DNA of 64,000 nucleotides from a virus (Duplodnaviria; Heunggongvirae; Uroviricota; Caudoviricetes): IMG/VR virus record IMGVR_UViG_2684623127_000006; one strand, 5' to 3'. Shown piece by piece: positions 48,369 to 58,716 of this stretch (position 1 is its first letter; each line of letters starts with the position of its first letter). The notes under the pieces were generated by a model. It saw only the letters and a program-made list of their open reading frames with translations, ran no database searches and was not told where the DNA came from. The position numbers and the translations under genes were made by a program.

Positions 48369-48815
48369 TCACAGGTGATTCTCCAGACGAAGACCCAGAA
48401 CACCGGCAATCTCTTCCAGCACCTTGCGCTCTTCCGGCTCAATTTCGCCGTCTGCCTCCGCAATGGCCACCGCCACATCCAGCACATCTTCCGCTTCACG
48501 CGTATCGTGTTTCACATCCTCGATCTCACGTAACGCCGCACGACGACCAGTTTTAAAGTTCGTATCCAGCTGACCGATAATGGTTGCGCTAATCGCATTA
48601 ATTTCTGACGTAAACGCGGACAGCGCAGGCTGATTACGCAGTACCTGTTCGATCTTCGCTTTCTCGGATGCCTCACATTCACCATCTGCACAGGCCACCA
48701 GGTATGCGGCGTTAATCACCACCTGTGCCAGATCGCGTTTTTCAAACTTTTTAATTTCCGTTGCCGCTCTGCGGGCTTTTTTTACCAAAAATACCAAACA
48801 TCGTGACGTTCCTTT
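48369..48815 (-). pseudogene. TerB-like gene with +1 frameshift near 5-prime end
   Basis: ATG…TTTGGTAAAAAAAGC has 1 extra nt relative to copy at 451-882; N-terminal 16 codons then stop. Confidence 0.45.
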
Positions 48816-48973
48816 GGGTGGGTGAGCCAACGCCCGGGAGCGATCTGCCCACAGAGAAAGTCACACTGACCACTCCGTAAGCTCCCCCCCCCCGAAAGGC
48901 TCTGTGGTTGGTATGTGCCGGGCGTGGCGCAGATACAAAAAAGGCCCGCAAAAGCGAGCCGGGAAAATAAGTG

Positions 48974-49050
48974 TGGCGCGTTGTACTGGAGTCGAACCAG
49001 TGACCGATTGCTTAGAAGGCAATTGCTCTGTCCTGCTGAGCTAAAAACGC
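48974..49050 (-). tRNA. tRNA-Arg (anticodon UCU), argO-like
   Basis: 77 nt; differs from prophage 1 copy by compensatory T-stem change and one acceptor-stem mismatch (T6:C67). Confidence 0.7.
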
Positions 49051-49063
49051 AGAATACCGATAA

Positions 49064-49140
49064 TGGACCGCCATCGGAGACTCGAACCCCGCGAAACCAG
49101 CTTCGAAGGCTGGCGTTCTATCCCGATGAGCTAATGGCGG
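49064..49140 (-). tRNA. tRNA-Arg (anticodon UCG), argN-like
   Basis: 77 nt; acceptor CCGCCAT/ATGGCGG, anticodon loop CTTCGAA, T-loop TTCGAGT, CCA encoded. Confidence 0.65.
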
Positions 49141-49147
49141 TATGTGA

Positions 49148-49223
49148 TGGTGGCCCTTGCTGGATTTGAACCAGCGGCCTGGCGATTATGAGTCGCTCGC
49201 TCTCACCACTGAGCTAAAGGGCC
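49148..49223 (-). tRNA. tRNA with CAU anticodon, probably tRNA-Ile2 (ileZ-like)
   Basis: 76 nt; near-identical to 1229-1304. Confidence 0.75.
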
Positions 49224-49342
49224 GGGCGCAGGATAATAACGTTACGAAATCAATGTTGCAAGCATTCAAGAATCACCTGGTTAAAAATTACCCTTACTTC
49301 CTCCACCAGCGCATTCACCATGTCTATCCGAGATAAGTGGCA

Positions 49343-49375
49343 CAAAAAAACCCGCTTGTGGGCGGGTTTTGTTTG
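49343..49375 (-). terminator. rho-independent terminator downstream of Q-like gene (tR-prime-like)
   Basis: Minus-strand hairpin CCCGCC-CACAAG-CGGG followed by U8. Confidence 0.5.
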
Positions 49376-49433
49376 CTTTTGCCATCACGTACAAAATCGG
49401 CAAAATATCAGATTTGCATGAAATATATGCCTT

Positions 49434-50123
49434 TCAATCTACTTTTGCAACACTTTGCTTTGAAAATGCCGCCTTTTGTTTTGAACGCGTTCTCATTACA
49501 AACAATAAAGCCTCACTATCCAGTCGGTGAAAAATGTGTTTCATTGCAACCCAGTGACGAGTAAATGTTTTGGACCAGTTTTTAGTTGTCACTCCCACCA
49601 GTAATGCCAGCTCCTTGTATTCATAACCTTCCCCACCAAAAAGTTCTGCTTTTACTGCCTGCGCCGCCAGCCAGATTAATTTTTTCAGGCGTTCCTGCGT
49701 TTTCCCTGCAATTTTTCTGGTACCGGATTGAGTATTAAATTCATTCCACGCCCACTGTGTTATCGCGATCTGATATTCCCAACAAATACTCCCGCTGTAA
49801 CACCACAACAACCAGGCTTTATGATGTTCTTCAAGAGACAGAACAGCCCGCCGCCACGATGATGTCGAAAACTCAACCGGACTGACCAGAGGAATTGACG
49901 TCACCTTCGCCAGCGATTGCTTTCCCGGGATTGGTGGATTATCCCGCGTTATCATTTTTCCAGTCACTTCATCGCGGTACCGGATTTTTTTTCGCCTGTA
50001 ACGCCCTGTATCGAACATGGCATTCTCCTGCCAGGCTTCAAGCTGACCTTTTGTTGCCCCACTCAAATCAGCGGTGGCGATAATGAGCTGCTCACGCACA
50101 AACTGTAAATAGTGGTTATTCAT
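49434..50123 (-). CDS. putative late antiterminator (Q-position protein), different family from prophage 1
   Basis: 229 aa from MNNHYLQ; start overlaps rusA stop (ATGA); call by synteny only. Confidence 0.4.
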   Translation of the reverse strand: MNNHYLQFVREQLIIATADLSGATKGQLEAWQENAMFDTGRYRRKKIRYRDEVTGKMITRDNPPIPGKQSLAKVTSIPLVSPVEFSTSSWRRAVLSLEEHHKAWLLWCYSGSICWEYQIAITQWAWNEFNTQSGTRKIAGKTQERLKKLIWLAAQAVKAELFGGEGYEYKELALLVGVTTKNWSKTFTRHWVAMKHIFHRLDSEALLFVMRTRSKQKAAFSKQSVAKVD

Positions 50124-50479
50124 GCGCACTCCAGTTCTGTGATTTTTATCCCCAGCCGCTCACCAGGAACGAGCTGACCGCGCACAATATTGATTTCATC
50201 AAACTGCTCGTCGTCTATGAGAAGTCCGGCATGCGTCAGCACATCCAGTGGTGCTTTCAGGATATTGTCCAGGTCACGACGGCGCTTATCCGGTGGCTCT
50301 GCAATAATCTTTATCACCAGCCTTCCGGACAGGTTTAATTTCAGCCGCTGCTGGCGAACAATAAGTGCCACATCCCGGCGATAACGCTCACCGGCTTTTG
50401 ATACAAAATATGTGCTGCCACGACGTCGCCAGTAGGTGTTCACCGTCGGCGGGTAAGGCAAAACAAACTCTATACGCAT
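50120..50479 (-). CDS. rusA: RusA Holliday-junction resolvase (full length)
   Basis: 119 aa MRIEFVLPYPPTVNTYWRRRG…. Confidence 0.85.
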   Translation of the reverse strand: MRIEFVLPYPPTVNTYWRRRGSTYFVSKAGERYRRDVALIVRQQRLKLNLSGRLVIKIIAEPPDKRRRDLDNILKAPLDVLTHAGLLIDDEQFDEINIVRGQLVPGERLGIKITELECA

Positions 50480-50491
50480 CAGTAACCTCTT

Positions 50492-51541
50492 TTACCCGAG
50501 CACGCCGGTTGCAAAAGCGTGATCAAGAAAACGAAAAATTAAATCAACCTGGGAACCATGCTTTTCTTCGAACGCCAGCGGATCCGCATGAAGCTCGTTG
50601 TGATGCTCCCGACACAGCGGTAGCGTGAAAATATCGTGGGATTTTGTTCCCATTCCACCCTGACCATGACCAATCAGATGATGAGGATCGTCCGCTGGCT
50701 TACCACAACACGCACACGGCTGTGTCTTTACCCAGCGTGTGTATTTCTCATTTACCCAGCGGCGACGTTTAGGTCGTTTCATGAAGGATTTCGGAGACTC
50801 CGGATCAACGGCAATGCTGACCACCGTCTTTTCCTGTGGTGGGTTCTGTTGCTGGTGGGTGTGAGGCGGTAGCGCAATATTTTTTGTGCGCTGCTTCAGT
50901 ATGCTGGTGGCGGTCTGTTCTCCCGGTATGATGTCGCTTTCACGGTATACGGAGCGGATTTTTTCCGCACGCAACCCCAGCGAACGACGTAATACCGCTT
51001 CCGGTAGCGCGTCCGCCACCTGATTGCGGACCGCCCACCAGGATAATTCAGCCAGAGATAATTCACGCTCCTGTGCGCCATTCATTGCGTGACGGATGAT
51101 GTCAATCATCCAGGCGGCCAGATTCTGTTGAGCAAGTTGATCCAGTGAATCAGATGTCTGCTCCCGCAGCTGGTTGTCGCAGTGCCAGCACAACACCATC
51201 GCGCCGGTACCGTAACGGTGAATGACGGTTTCGCTGTGATGATAATCACCGTGTAGCCACTGGCAGGATTTCACGTGACGTAATAACCAGTCAGACAGTG
51301 CACCAGCGCCACCCGCAGCACGGATCACCCGCTCATCGCTGAAAAATGGCAGTAGTGATTTATCTTCCGCCAGCGGCTGGTGAACGGCAGGTACAACCCC
51401 GGACGGCAGAGCTCGCATGCTTTTTGGTTCCGGCTCCACCAGTATTCTGCCGTTATGGAATGCTGACATTGATTCACGGCCTGGCTTAACGATAACCAGA
51501 CCGAGTTCCGGTACCAGAACAGGTCGAAGTAATACCCGCAC
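50492..51541 (-). CDS. DUF968-like prophage protein
   Basis: 349 aa, paralog of 3539-4588. Confidence 0.55.
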   Translation of the reverse strand: MRVLLRPVLVPELGLVIVKPGRESMSAFHNGRILVEPEPKSMRALPSGVVPAVHQPLAEDKSLLPFFSDERVIRAAGGAGALSDWLLRHVKSCQWLHGDYHHSETVIHRYGTGAMVLCWHCDNQLREQTSDSLDQLAQQNLAAWMIDIIRHAMNGAQERELSLAELSWWAVRNQVADALPEAVLRRSLGLRAEKIRSVYRESDIIPGEQTATSILKQRTKNIALPPHTHQQQNPPQEKTVVSIAVDPESPKSFMKRPKRRRWVNEKYTRWVKTQPCACCGKPADDPHHLIGHGQGGMGTKSHDIFTLPLCREHHNELHADPLAFEEKHGSQVDLIFRFLDHAFATGVLG

Positions 51542-51542
51542 A

Positions 51543-51902
51543 TTACCTCCAGATCCGTTGCTGGAATGTGCGGGACGGACGCGGTGGCCGTTCGGAGTAA
51601 GGGAGCCTGACGGAGATTATCCAGTGACGGTAGTCGAGGCTAAGGGCTTTTTTAACCTCGCATCCGCGCCTGCGGTAACACTGAATGAGCCATTCGGCCT
51701 GTTCTTCAGTGCATGGGGGATGCTGGTACCAGTCAGATTTGAATGCGTAAAAACACCGTCCGCGCCTGCTGGCAAAGACGGCAGAATCATCAGAATTGTA
51801 TAATTTGGTATCGTGCGCCATCGGTTGTCTCTGCTGGCGCAGCAGGTGCCAGTTGTTCAGGCTGGCGTGCGAATTGTAAACCAGAATGCCAGGAAAAAAC
51901 AA
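51543..51902 (-). CDS. hypothetical phage protein
   Basis: 119-aa ORF; C-terminus related to 4590-4862. Confidence 0.3.
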   Translation of the reverse strand: MFFPGILVYNSHASLNNWHLLRQQRQPMAHDTKLYNSDDSAVFASRRGRCFYAFKSDWYQHPPCTEEQAEWLIQCYRRRGCEVKKALSLDYRHWIISVRLPYSERPPRPSRTFQQRIWR

Positions 51903-51988
51903 AACCCGCCGAAGCGGGTTAAGTGCGGGTGCGTTGAGGATGCCTGATTCATCAGAGGTGGCGAGGGATTTCTCCCTCGCCGGGTCTC

Positions 51989-52144
51989 TTACTCCTCAGG
52001 TTCGTAAGCTGTGAAGACAGCGACCTCCGTCTGGCCGGTTCGGATTCGTACCTCGCAGAGGTCTTTCCTCGTTACCAGTGCCGTCACTATGACGGTAATA
52101 CAGATGACGATCAGGGCGATTAACATCGCCTTTTGCTGCTTCAT
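51989..52144 (-). CDS. hok: Hok/Gef family type I toxin (HokD-like)
   Basis: MKQQKAMLIALIVICLTVIVTALVTRKDLCEVRIRTGQTEVAVFTAYEPEE. Confidence 0.85.
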   Translation of the reverse strand: MKQQKAMLIALIVICITVIVTALVTRKDLCEVRIRTGQTEVAVFTAYEPEE

Positions 52145-52609
52145 AGCCTGCTTCTCCTTGCCTTTCGGCGCGTAAGAGGCTAACCTACATGTGTCTAGCA
52201 TGAAATTGGCCTCAGATTAATGTTAGGCGTCTTGCAGGACGCGTAATGTTAACTGGGGCTTTTCTCTGTCTGCCTTACGGTGGCATGCCCGAGGCAGACA
52301 GCCTCAAGCACCCGCAGCAATTCTACTTAACTCTCGCTTTACCGCAAACCGTTTTTACCCGATATGGGAATTCCCATATCGTAATGAATTCAGTTCCCTA
52401 GTCGATCCATCAAAAACACAACCAGGCAGTAAACGCCCACAACAGCAATAACAGCCAGCGCACCTTCCATTGCCAGTGAAATATCATCCGACATATTCCC
52501 TCCTTTGGTGTGAATCCCGGCGAACGTTTTTACCCCCACCGACAAATAACATATACTAAAAAATCAATAGCTATAGCAACGCCTGTAATTGCAAAGGCTT
52601 CAGGCCAGA

Positions 52610-53254
52610 TCATTGGCGCACCTCCTGCGGCGGTTCTGGTAGCGGCATCCAGTCGGTTACATTGCGGCTCTGTGTTTCGAAAAATTCATCACCATTACGG
52701 ACTACATCAAAAAACTCACCGTCTCGATATTGCGCATAAAGAACGAATGCGCCATCACATAAAATAATTACGTGCTGACCATCATCCGGCATTCGCTCAC
52801 TACAGCTTATCCAATCATCCAGAGTTACCGGATAGTTGGTTGACGTTTCCGAGATTTCCCGAAAATTATTGGTTGACGAACCCTTTTTTTCCCGAAAGTT
52901 TCCAGCCTGAAGCATGGCGGCGCTGTCTGGCGGGGCAGCATATAGCGGCACGTATATTTCCGGTTCCTTATCAGCACCGGGTTGCTCTTCCAGTGAGAAT
53001 GTCTTTCCGGTAAATCGATTCATATAAAGCACGGGCTCTGCTTCCAGCGAAGCCTGAGCAACAAGGGCCAGTGCTAAATCCAACTCAATTGCCTCGAGAG
53101 AATTTTTGAATGCTGTCTGTTTTACTGCAAATTTCATCGCCTTTACATTTTCACTAACATGACTGATTAACTGCTCTTTTGTAAAAGTGGTCATCTCATT
53201 CTCCTTTGATGCGAATGCCAGCGACAATTGAAGCCTGATAGCTAATTCACTCAC
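52610..53254 (-). CDS. DUF551-like phage protein
   Basis: 214-aa paralog of 5894-6451. Confidence 0.45.
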   Translation of the reverse strand: MSELAIRLQLSLAFASKENEMTTFTKEQLISHVSENVKAMKFAVKQTAFKNSLEAIELDLALALVAQASLEAEPVLYMNRFTGKTFSLEEQPGADKEPEIYVPLYAAPPDSAAMLQAGNFREKKGSSTNNFREISETSTNYPVTLDDWISCSERMPDDGQHVIILCDGAFVLYAQYRDGEFFDVVRNGDEFFETQSRNVTDWMPLPEPPQEVRQ

Positions 53255-53384
53255 AGTACCGCCTCCTGAAAATTGCCCTGATAGAACGCCAGTACACGCA
53301 GCATAACTTCACTCTTCCGGCACTCGCCACTGAACCGCCCCGGGAATCCTGGAGACTAAACTCCCTGAGAAAGAGGTAAACAGG

Positions 53385-53711
53385 ATGACTAAAAATACAC
53401 GTTTTTCCCCCGAGGTCCGTCAACGGGCAGTCCGTATGGTTCTGGAAAGTCAGGGCGAATATGACTCACAATGGGCGGCAATTTGTTCCATTGCCCCAAA
53501 GATTGGCTGTACACCAGAGACTCTGCGTGTGTGGGTTCGTCAGCATGAGCGGGATACCGGGGGCGGTGATGGTGGACTCACCACCGCTGAACGTCAGCGT
53601 CTGAAAGAGCTGGAACGTGAAAATCGTGAACTGCGCCGCAGTAACGATATCCTTCGCCAGGCTTCCGCTTATTTTGCGAAGGCGGAGTTCGACCGCCTCT
53701 GGAAAAAATAA
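53385..53711 (+). CDS. IS3-family transposase OrfA
   Basis: 108 aa with HTH and leucine-zipper-like segment. Confidence 0.8.
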   Translation: MTKNTRFSPEVRQRAVRMVLESQGEYDSQWAAICSIAPKIGCTPETLRVWVRQHERDTGGGDGGLTTAERQRLKELERENRELRRSNDILRQASAYFAKAEFDRLWKK

Positions 53712-54598
53712 TGCCGCTGCTGGATAAGCTGCGTGAGCAGTACGGGGTCGGACCGGTATGCAGTGAACTGCATATTGCCCCGTCAACGTATTACCACTGT
53801 CAGCAACAGCGACATCATCCGGATAAACGCAGTGCCCGTGCGCAGCGCGATGACTGGCTGAAGAGAGAGATACAGCGCGTATACGATGAAAATCATCAGG
53901 TGTACGGTGTGCGTAAAGTCTGGCGCCAGTTGTTACGCGAAGGTATCAGGGTGGCCAGATGTACAGTGGCGCGCCTCATGGCGGTTATGGGACTTGCCGG
54001 TGTTCTCCGGGGTAAAAAGGTCCGTACTACCGTCAGCCGGAAAGCCGTTTCCGCAGGCGACCGCGTAAACCGTCAGTTCGTGGCAGAACGTCCTGACCAG
54101 CTGTGGGTGGCTGATTTTACTTACGTCAGCACATGGCAGGGCTTCGTCTATGTGGCGTTCATCATTGATGTGTTTTCCGGATGTATCGTGGGGTGGCGAG
54201 TCTCATCGTCTATGGAAACGACATTCGTGCTGGATGCACTGGAGCAGGCGTTGTGGGCCCGTCGGCCGTCCGGCACAGTCCATCACAGTGATAAAGGTTC
54301 TCAGTATGTATCACTGGCCTATACGGAGCGACTAAAAGAAGCAAAACTGCTGGCATCAACAGGGAGTACAGGTGACTCGTATGACAACGCGATGGCGGAG
54401 AGCATCAATGGTCTTTACAAAGCGGAGGTAATACACCGTAAGAGCTGGAAAAACCGTGCAGAAGTGGAACTGGCCACACTCACGTGGGTGGACTGGTATA
54501 ACAATCGACGATTGCTGGGAAGGCTGGGTCATATCCCTCCGGCAGAAGCAGAAAAAGCTTATTATGCTTCCATCAGAAACGATGATCTGGCAGCCTGA
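53711..54598 (+). CDS. IS3-family transposase OrfB (DDE integrase domain)
   Basis: 295 aa with DDE region (…WVADFTYV…HSDKGSQYVS…YDNAMAESINGLYKAE). Confidence 0.8.
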   Translation: MPLLDKLREQYGVGPVCSELHIAPSTYYHCQQQRHHPDKRSARAQRDDWLKREIQRVYDENHQVYGVRKVWRQLLREGIRVARCTVARLMAVMGLAGVLRGKKVRTTVSRKAVSAGDRVNRQFVAERPDQLWVADFTYVSTWQGFVYVAFIIDVFSGCIVGWRVSSSMETTFVLDALEQALWARRPSGTVHHSDKGSQYVSLAYTERLKEAKLLASTGSTGDSYDNAMAESINGLYKAEVIHRKSWKNRAEVELATLTWVDWYNNRRLLGRLGHIPPAEAEKAYYASIRNDDLAA

Positions 54599-54600
54599 GT

Positions 54601-54960
54601 TCACAGATAAAACACTCTCCAGGAAAACCGGGGCGGTTCACCACAGATTATGTTCTGTTGTCTGTCGTAGCGGCGTATTTCTCCGTCTGGTAACTTTCGA
54701 ATCAATGTCTGGTCGGTTGCTTTCTCCGCTGCCTTACGCCATACGCGATACACCTGTTCTGATGTAAAAACACCGTATTTACCGGGCATGTATAAATCGC
54801 CACAAGCCAGTACATCCACAAGGCAACGTCTGACTGAATGCCAGCCTGCTCCCGTCGCTCTCTCCAGTTGTGATATCGTCATGCGTTCATTTTTGCGTAC
54901 CAGCCCGATAATTCGGGCCTTCAGTTCTTCACGCTGTTCGTGTGTAAAAGGTTTCGCCAT
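54601..54960 (-). CDS. putative winged-helix DNA-binding protein
   Basis: 119-aa ORF. Confidence 0.35.
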   Translation of the reverse strand: MAKPFTHEQREELKARIIGLVRKNERMTISQLERATGAGWHSVRRCLVDVLACGDLYMPGKYGVFTSEQVYRVWRKAAEKATDQTLIRKLPDGEIRRYDRQQNIICGEPPRFSWRVFYL

Positions 54961-54975
54961 AAGCGCCTCCGGCTA

Positions 54976-55644
54976 TCACTTTTCCGATACAACACGGCGG
55001 GAAGAATCAGTAATCTGTCGAACAATATCCCGGTGCTTGTTCAGCTCCCGCAGCGCGGCGCAGACTCGCTCCCACTTCTGAACATCACTTTTCGCCCTGC
55101 GCAGCGCCAGGTTTGCCCTGCGCAGGGACGGAAAAATCAGCTCATCTGCTTGCGTTTCGGTAAACGATGGCAACGGCTGCACAATGTCCGCCACAGTTTC
55201 TGTTTTAATTTCTTCCTGTGTTGCGGCTTCCCGGACTGGTAACGCAGCACCTGCTGGCTGAGGAAAGGCCTTACCATCATTTTTCGTTACCGGCGCGGCT
55301 TTCGGATCTGCTGGTAAATTACCCCCCGACATGCAGTAACGAAATTTACCGTTCTGATTAACGCGTGCCAGCCGCCCCGTTGCGGTTACCACCGCCAGCG
55401 TGGAAGCAACCTTGCGAGTACTGACGCCGAACTTACCCGCCAGTTCCTCACACGTTTTAGCACCATCCTGACCGATAAACTCAACCATCATGTCTGCGGT
55501 AACTTTTGGAGCGACCTCTTCGGTTACCACATCCGGCGCTTCAGGTTGTAGTGCCTGCCCTTCGGTTACCCCGGCTTCACCTTCGACAGCCAGAAACCAG
55601 GTGTGACCCGTTTTATCAACAACGCCATTTTTTTGAGTTCCCAC
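54976..55644 (-). CDS. winged-helix phage protein (DUF1627-like)
   Basis: 222-aa paralog of 7641-8375. Confidence 0.45.
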   Translation of the reverse strand: MGTQKNGVVDKTGHTWFLAVEGEAGVTEGQALQPEAPDVVTEEVAPKVTADMMVEFIGQDGAKTCEELAGKFGVSTRKVASTLAVVTATGRLARVNQNGKFRYCMSGGNLPADPKAAPVTKNDGKAFPQPAGAALPVREAATQEEIKTETVADIVQPLPSFTETQADELIFPSLRRANLALRRAKSDVQKWERVCAALRELNKHRDIVRQITDSSRRVVSEK

Positions 55645-55770
55645 AGTTCGTTAAGAACTTCTTCACGGCTGATATCAAGCCGCGCCGCCAGTTCAACAGA
55701 ATTGGCTTTTCCCATCGCTTTCAGTGCATGCAATACAGTTTCCATCGAAAATTTACCTCGTCAAAAATTC

Positions 55771-56511
55771 TCACATACCCTGACGTCCAACGTTTGACCG
55801 CCAGCTCTCCCAGTTAAAATTCACCCAACGACCACCATTCATGGTCATACGGTCCATCACCCGATCTCCGAGGAGTGTGCTCATCGCTGCGTGATTCAGG
55901 TTCGTCAGCATTCCGACACTACGCATCGAAGCCGTTCTGCGGTCGACTATCTGGTTCAGCGTGACCTGCTCGTTGCGCGTATCCCGCTGCATGCCAATTT
56001 CATCAAGGACCAGAAGGTCAACTCCACAAAGCTCCTGTAAAAATTTTTCCCCGGACTGGCCGTTGTCGTAGCCGTCATGCAACACGCTCATGACATCGGA
56101 CACGGTGACGATAATCACGCTTCTCCCCTTCGCCATCAGCCGATTGCCAATCGCTGCTGCCAGGTGATTTTTACCGGTACCAGGTTTACCGCTGAACACG
56201 AAGTTTGTACATCCGGTCATCAATTCATCGGCAATGGATTTCGCCTGGCTCAGAGCATGGCGCTGACCGTCGTTCTGCACCCGGTAGTTCCCGAATGAGC
56301 ACTTCCTGTGAAGCGGCTGGATGCCCGCACGGTTCAGGATTTTTTCAACCCGCACCTGATGATTCAGGCGGTTAATCTCCTCGCTGCGTTTTCGTCCTTC
56401 AGCAAGTTGCCATTCCCGCCACTCCTCCACCGTCCGGTACGGTGGAACCGCCCCCTGTGGTGCAAGTCTGCGAATACGTTCAAGAACCCCAACTGCCGCA
56501 ATGTTTTTCAT
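55771..56511 (-). CDS. DnaC-like replicative helicase loader (IstB-like ATPase)
   Basis: 246 aa with Walker A GKPGTGKNHLAAAIG and Walker B DLLVLDEIG. Confidence 0.8.
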   Translation of the reverse strand: MKNIAAVGVLERIRRLAPQGAVPPYRTVEEWREWQLAEGRKRSEEINRLNHQVRVEKILNRAGIQPLHRKCSFGNYRVQNDGQRHALSQAKSIADELMTGCTNFVFSGKPGTGKNHLAAAIGNRLMAKGRSVIIVTVSDVMSVLHDGYDNGQSGEKFLQELCGVDLLVLDEIGMQRDTRNEQVTLNQIVDRRTASMRSVGMLTNLNHAAMSTLLGDRVMDRMTMNGGRWVNFNWESWRSNVGRQGM

Positions 56512-56517
56512 GACACG

Positions 56518-57495
56518 TCACCCCCTGAATCCCGGCGGTATTTCAGTGTCCGGTTCAGAAATGTGATTCACGCAACGCTGCGCGGGCGAACGCCCCAGGC
56601 GGATAACCAGTTCATCCCATTTTTCCCGGAGTTTTGCCGGACTCATGATGTTTTTTACCCAGAACGAATCCCGCTGGAGACGCCCAAACATTTCACAAAT
56701 TTGTCTGTGAGTTCTGCCATCCAGCATCCGCATTGTCCGCACGTCATTGGCCCATGCAGTCCAGTTGGGTTCTTTCGGTCTCGTGATCTCGCCATCATCG
56801 CTGGCCGCCTGCTCGTAAAGACTCACGATTCGTCCCCAGATCCACTGTGCGCACACCAAATCTTCCTGACTTCCCCACTGGCGTTTTTTCGCACTGAACA
56901 CAACCGCGTCAGGGTGTCGGGTTAAAAAATTCTGTTCAGCCGTCTGCGGGTCCGGTTGCGAAGCGTCCGGACAAGAAGATCTTTTATCTGACGGATCAGG
57001 TTTTAATACTGACGGATCGGGGTCAATCATCGCCCCCCTAATCGGCAGTTTGTTATCAACAGTTGATCCATCAAAATTTGACGGGTCAACCGTTGAGGGG
57101 GCAATATTTGACGGGTCAACTGTTAACGGGTCATTTTTTGCCGGGCTAATTTTTCTTTTCGGTTTATATGACTCACGCGCCGCCGCAGCAGCTGCTTCGA
57201 GTTTTTCCACATTAAGCCGATAGATATTGCTTACATTACGCCCACCGACCTTACGCTCTTCCTTCGTCAGCCAGCCCTCTTTCGCCAGTTCTGCAATAGC
57301 CGATTTCACTGTGGATTCACTTCTTGCACCGATCTGACGCCGGATAGTTTCAATGGCAGGCCATGACACGCCCTCGTCATTGCTGTAGTCTGCAAGACGG
57401 GCCATAACCGCCACCCTGGATAAGATCATGCCGGTGAAGGCGCACCCTTCCCAGACAAGACCATGAAGCTTGCTGCTCATAAAACCCCCGAACAC
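56518..57495 (-). CDS. replication initiation protein O-like containing iterons
   Basis: 325 aa; N-terminal HTH-like region; DPSN repeat segment encoded by iterons. Confidence 0.6.
   Translation of the reverse strand: MFGGFMSSKLHGLVWEGCAFTGMILSRVAVMARLADYSNDEGVSWPAIETIRRQIGARSESTVKSAIAELAKEGWLTKEERKVGGRNVSNIYRLNVEKLEAAAAAARESYKPKRKISPAKNDPLTVDPSNIAPSTVDPSNFDGSTVDNKLPIRGAMIDPDPSVLKPDPSDKRSSCPDASQPDPQTAEQNFLTRHPDAVVFSAKKRQWGSQEDLVCAQWIWGRIVSLYEQAASDDGEITRPKEPNWTAWANDVRTMRMLDGRTHRQICEMFGRLQRDSFWVKNIMSPAKLREKWDELVIRLGRSPAQRCVNHISEPDTEIPPGFRG
57005..57135. repeat. iteron cluster (TTGACGGGTCAAC-type repeats) inside O-like gene
   Basis: Repeated gacgg(a/g)tca motifs at about 15-30 bp spacing. Confidence 0.6.
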
Positions 57496-57502
57496 CGTGC
57501 TT

Positions 57503-57928
57503 TTAGTGCATCACCACAGCATTCCCTGCCGGGCCGCCGCGATTCATCTGGTCATACAAAACAACCGCTGACGCAACAAAATCATCGACATCCTTCACCA
57601 GCCGATCCCTCCGTTCGACGATCTCACGGTAATATTCAGAACTGTGGCTGCGCATACGGGCCACCAGCAAAGGCGGCATCGCCTTTTCGATCGCCGGTAA
57701 CAGAGCCTGCATTTTTTCAACAGCATCAGGGGTGTCTTTATCCAGCCAACGGAAAATTTTCTGGGTATTACGGGCCAGGGCTTCCGGATGGCTGTCGTCA
57801 TACAGTTCCGGGAACGTCATTCCCAGCTCGAAATACGCTTTGGTAATTTTCGCAGCCGGTACTTTTTCGCCGTCCGGATGCGCCCAGACATTCATCGCCA
57901 TGCGGATGTGTTCATGCTTGATTTTCAT
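57503..57928 (-). CDS. YdaT-like protein
   Basis: 141 aa MKIKHEHIRMAMNVWAHPDGEK…. Confidence 0.6.
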   Translation of the reverse strand: MKIKHEHIRMAMNVWAHPDGEKVPAAKITKAYFELGMTFPELYDDSHPEALARNTQKIFRWLDKDTPDAVEKMQALLPAIEKAMPPLLVARMRSHSSEYYREIVERRDRLVKDVDDFVASAVVLYDQMNRGGPAGNAVVMH

Positions 57929-58227
57929 GAATCAACTCCATCAGATAAGCATGCACTACAATCACCTTCAGCATGAACTACATGTGTTTGCCCCAAACGA
58001 ATGCCGCTCGCATACTCAGGCCAAATAAGCTCCCAATCATGGGGTCGTAGCTCCGCCCTACTTACTTGGCCTTCCGTCGCAGATTCGATCATAAGGGCGC
58101 GGGTTGGAGATATAGCTGTTCGTCCAGACGCCATTTGCGATAAGTAAGATGGCGATACACCAAGTCTGGCCGCGAATTTCTTAGCATCACCAACCCTTAA
58201 TGATTTAATAAACTCTTTTAATGTCAT
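57925..58227 (-). CDS. Cro-like HTH regulator
   Basis: 100 aa with HTH (KKFAARLGVSPSYLSQMASGR). Confidence 0.5.
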   Translation of the reverse strand: MTLKEFIKSLRVGDAKKFAARLGVSPSYLSQMASGRTAISPTRALMIESATEGQVSRAELRPHDWELIWPEYASGIRLGQTHVVHAEGDCSACLSDGVDS

Positions 58228-58327
58228 ACCTTCCTCGGTTTAGTGTTTTTTTGCGAGTTTAGTGTTTAATAAACCATTAAGTCAAGTATTTGCTTGTTTA
58301 GTGATTACTAAAGATAATTACCACATG
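58228..58327. promoter_or_regulatory. divergent promoter/operator region with three GTTTAGTG repeats
   Basis: Motif at 58238, 58257, 58296; related motifs recur at 59259-59290. Confidence 0.45.
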
Positions 58328-58696
58328 CAAAAAAAAGAAATTCGCCGTTTACGTCTCAAGGAGTGGTTTAAAGATAAAACTCTGCCACCCAAAGAGAAGA
58401 GCTACCTATCTCAACTAATGAGTGGGAGAGCCTCGTTTGGAGAAAAGGCTGCCAGAAGAATAGAGCAAACATACGGGATGCCGGAAGGGTATCTGGATGC
58501 GGAATACGCAGAACAACCGGGGGGTTCTCCACCACATGCAGGGTTAACGTCTAATCAACTGGAATTATTGCAGATTTTTTCAGCCTTCCCTGAGGATGAG
58601 CAACGCCAGATAATCAGCGAGTTAAAGCAGAAAAAAGAATCAATGGAAGATCTCATAGCGAGATGGATTGCGGCGCAAAAATGCCGCCGCGCCTGA
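58328..58696 (+). CDS. HTH regulator (CI-like / PaaR-like) heading a three-gene TA operon
   Basis: 122-aa ORF from MQKKEIRRLRLKEW…, followed by antitoxin and ParE-like toxin. Confidence 0.5.
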   Translation, partial: QKKEIRRLRLKEWFKDKTLPPKEKSYLSQLMSGRASFGEKAARRIEQTYGMPEGYLDAEYAEQPGGSPPHAGLTSNQLELLQIFSAFPEDEQRQIISELKQKKESMEDLIARWIAAQKCRRA

Positions 58697-58716
58697 GTTA
58701 TAAAACCGGAGGAAAC

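Larger units (their letters stand above)
53330..54640 (+). mobile_element. IS3-family insertion sequence (IS629/IS1203-like), 1311 bp
   Basis: Imperfect terminal IRs TGAACCGCCCCGGGAATCCTGGAG…/…CTCCAGGAAAACCGGGGCGGTTCA; 4-bp flanking CCAC both sides; orfA/orfB. Confidence 0.75.
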
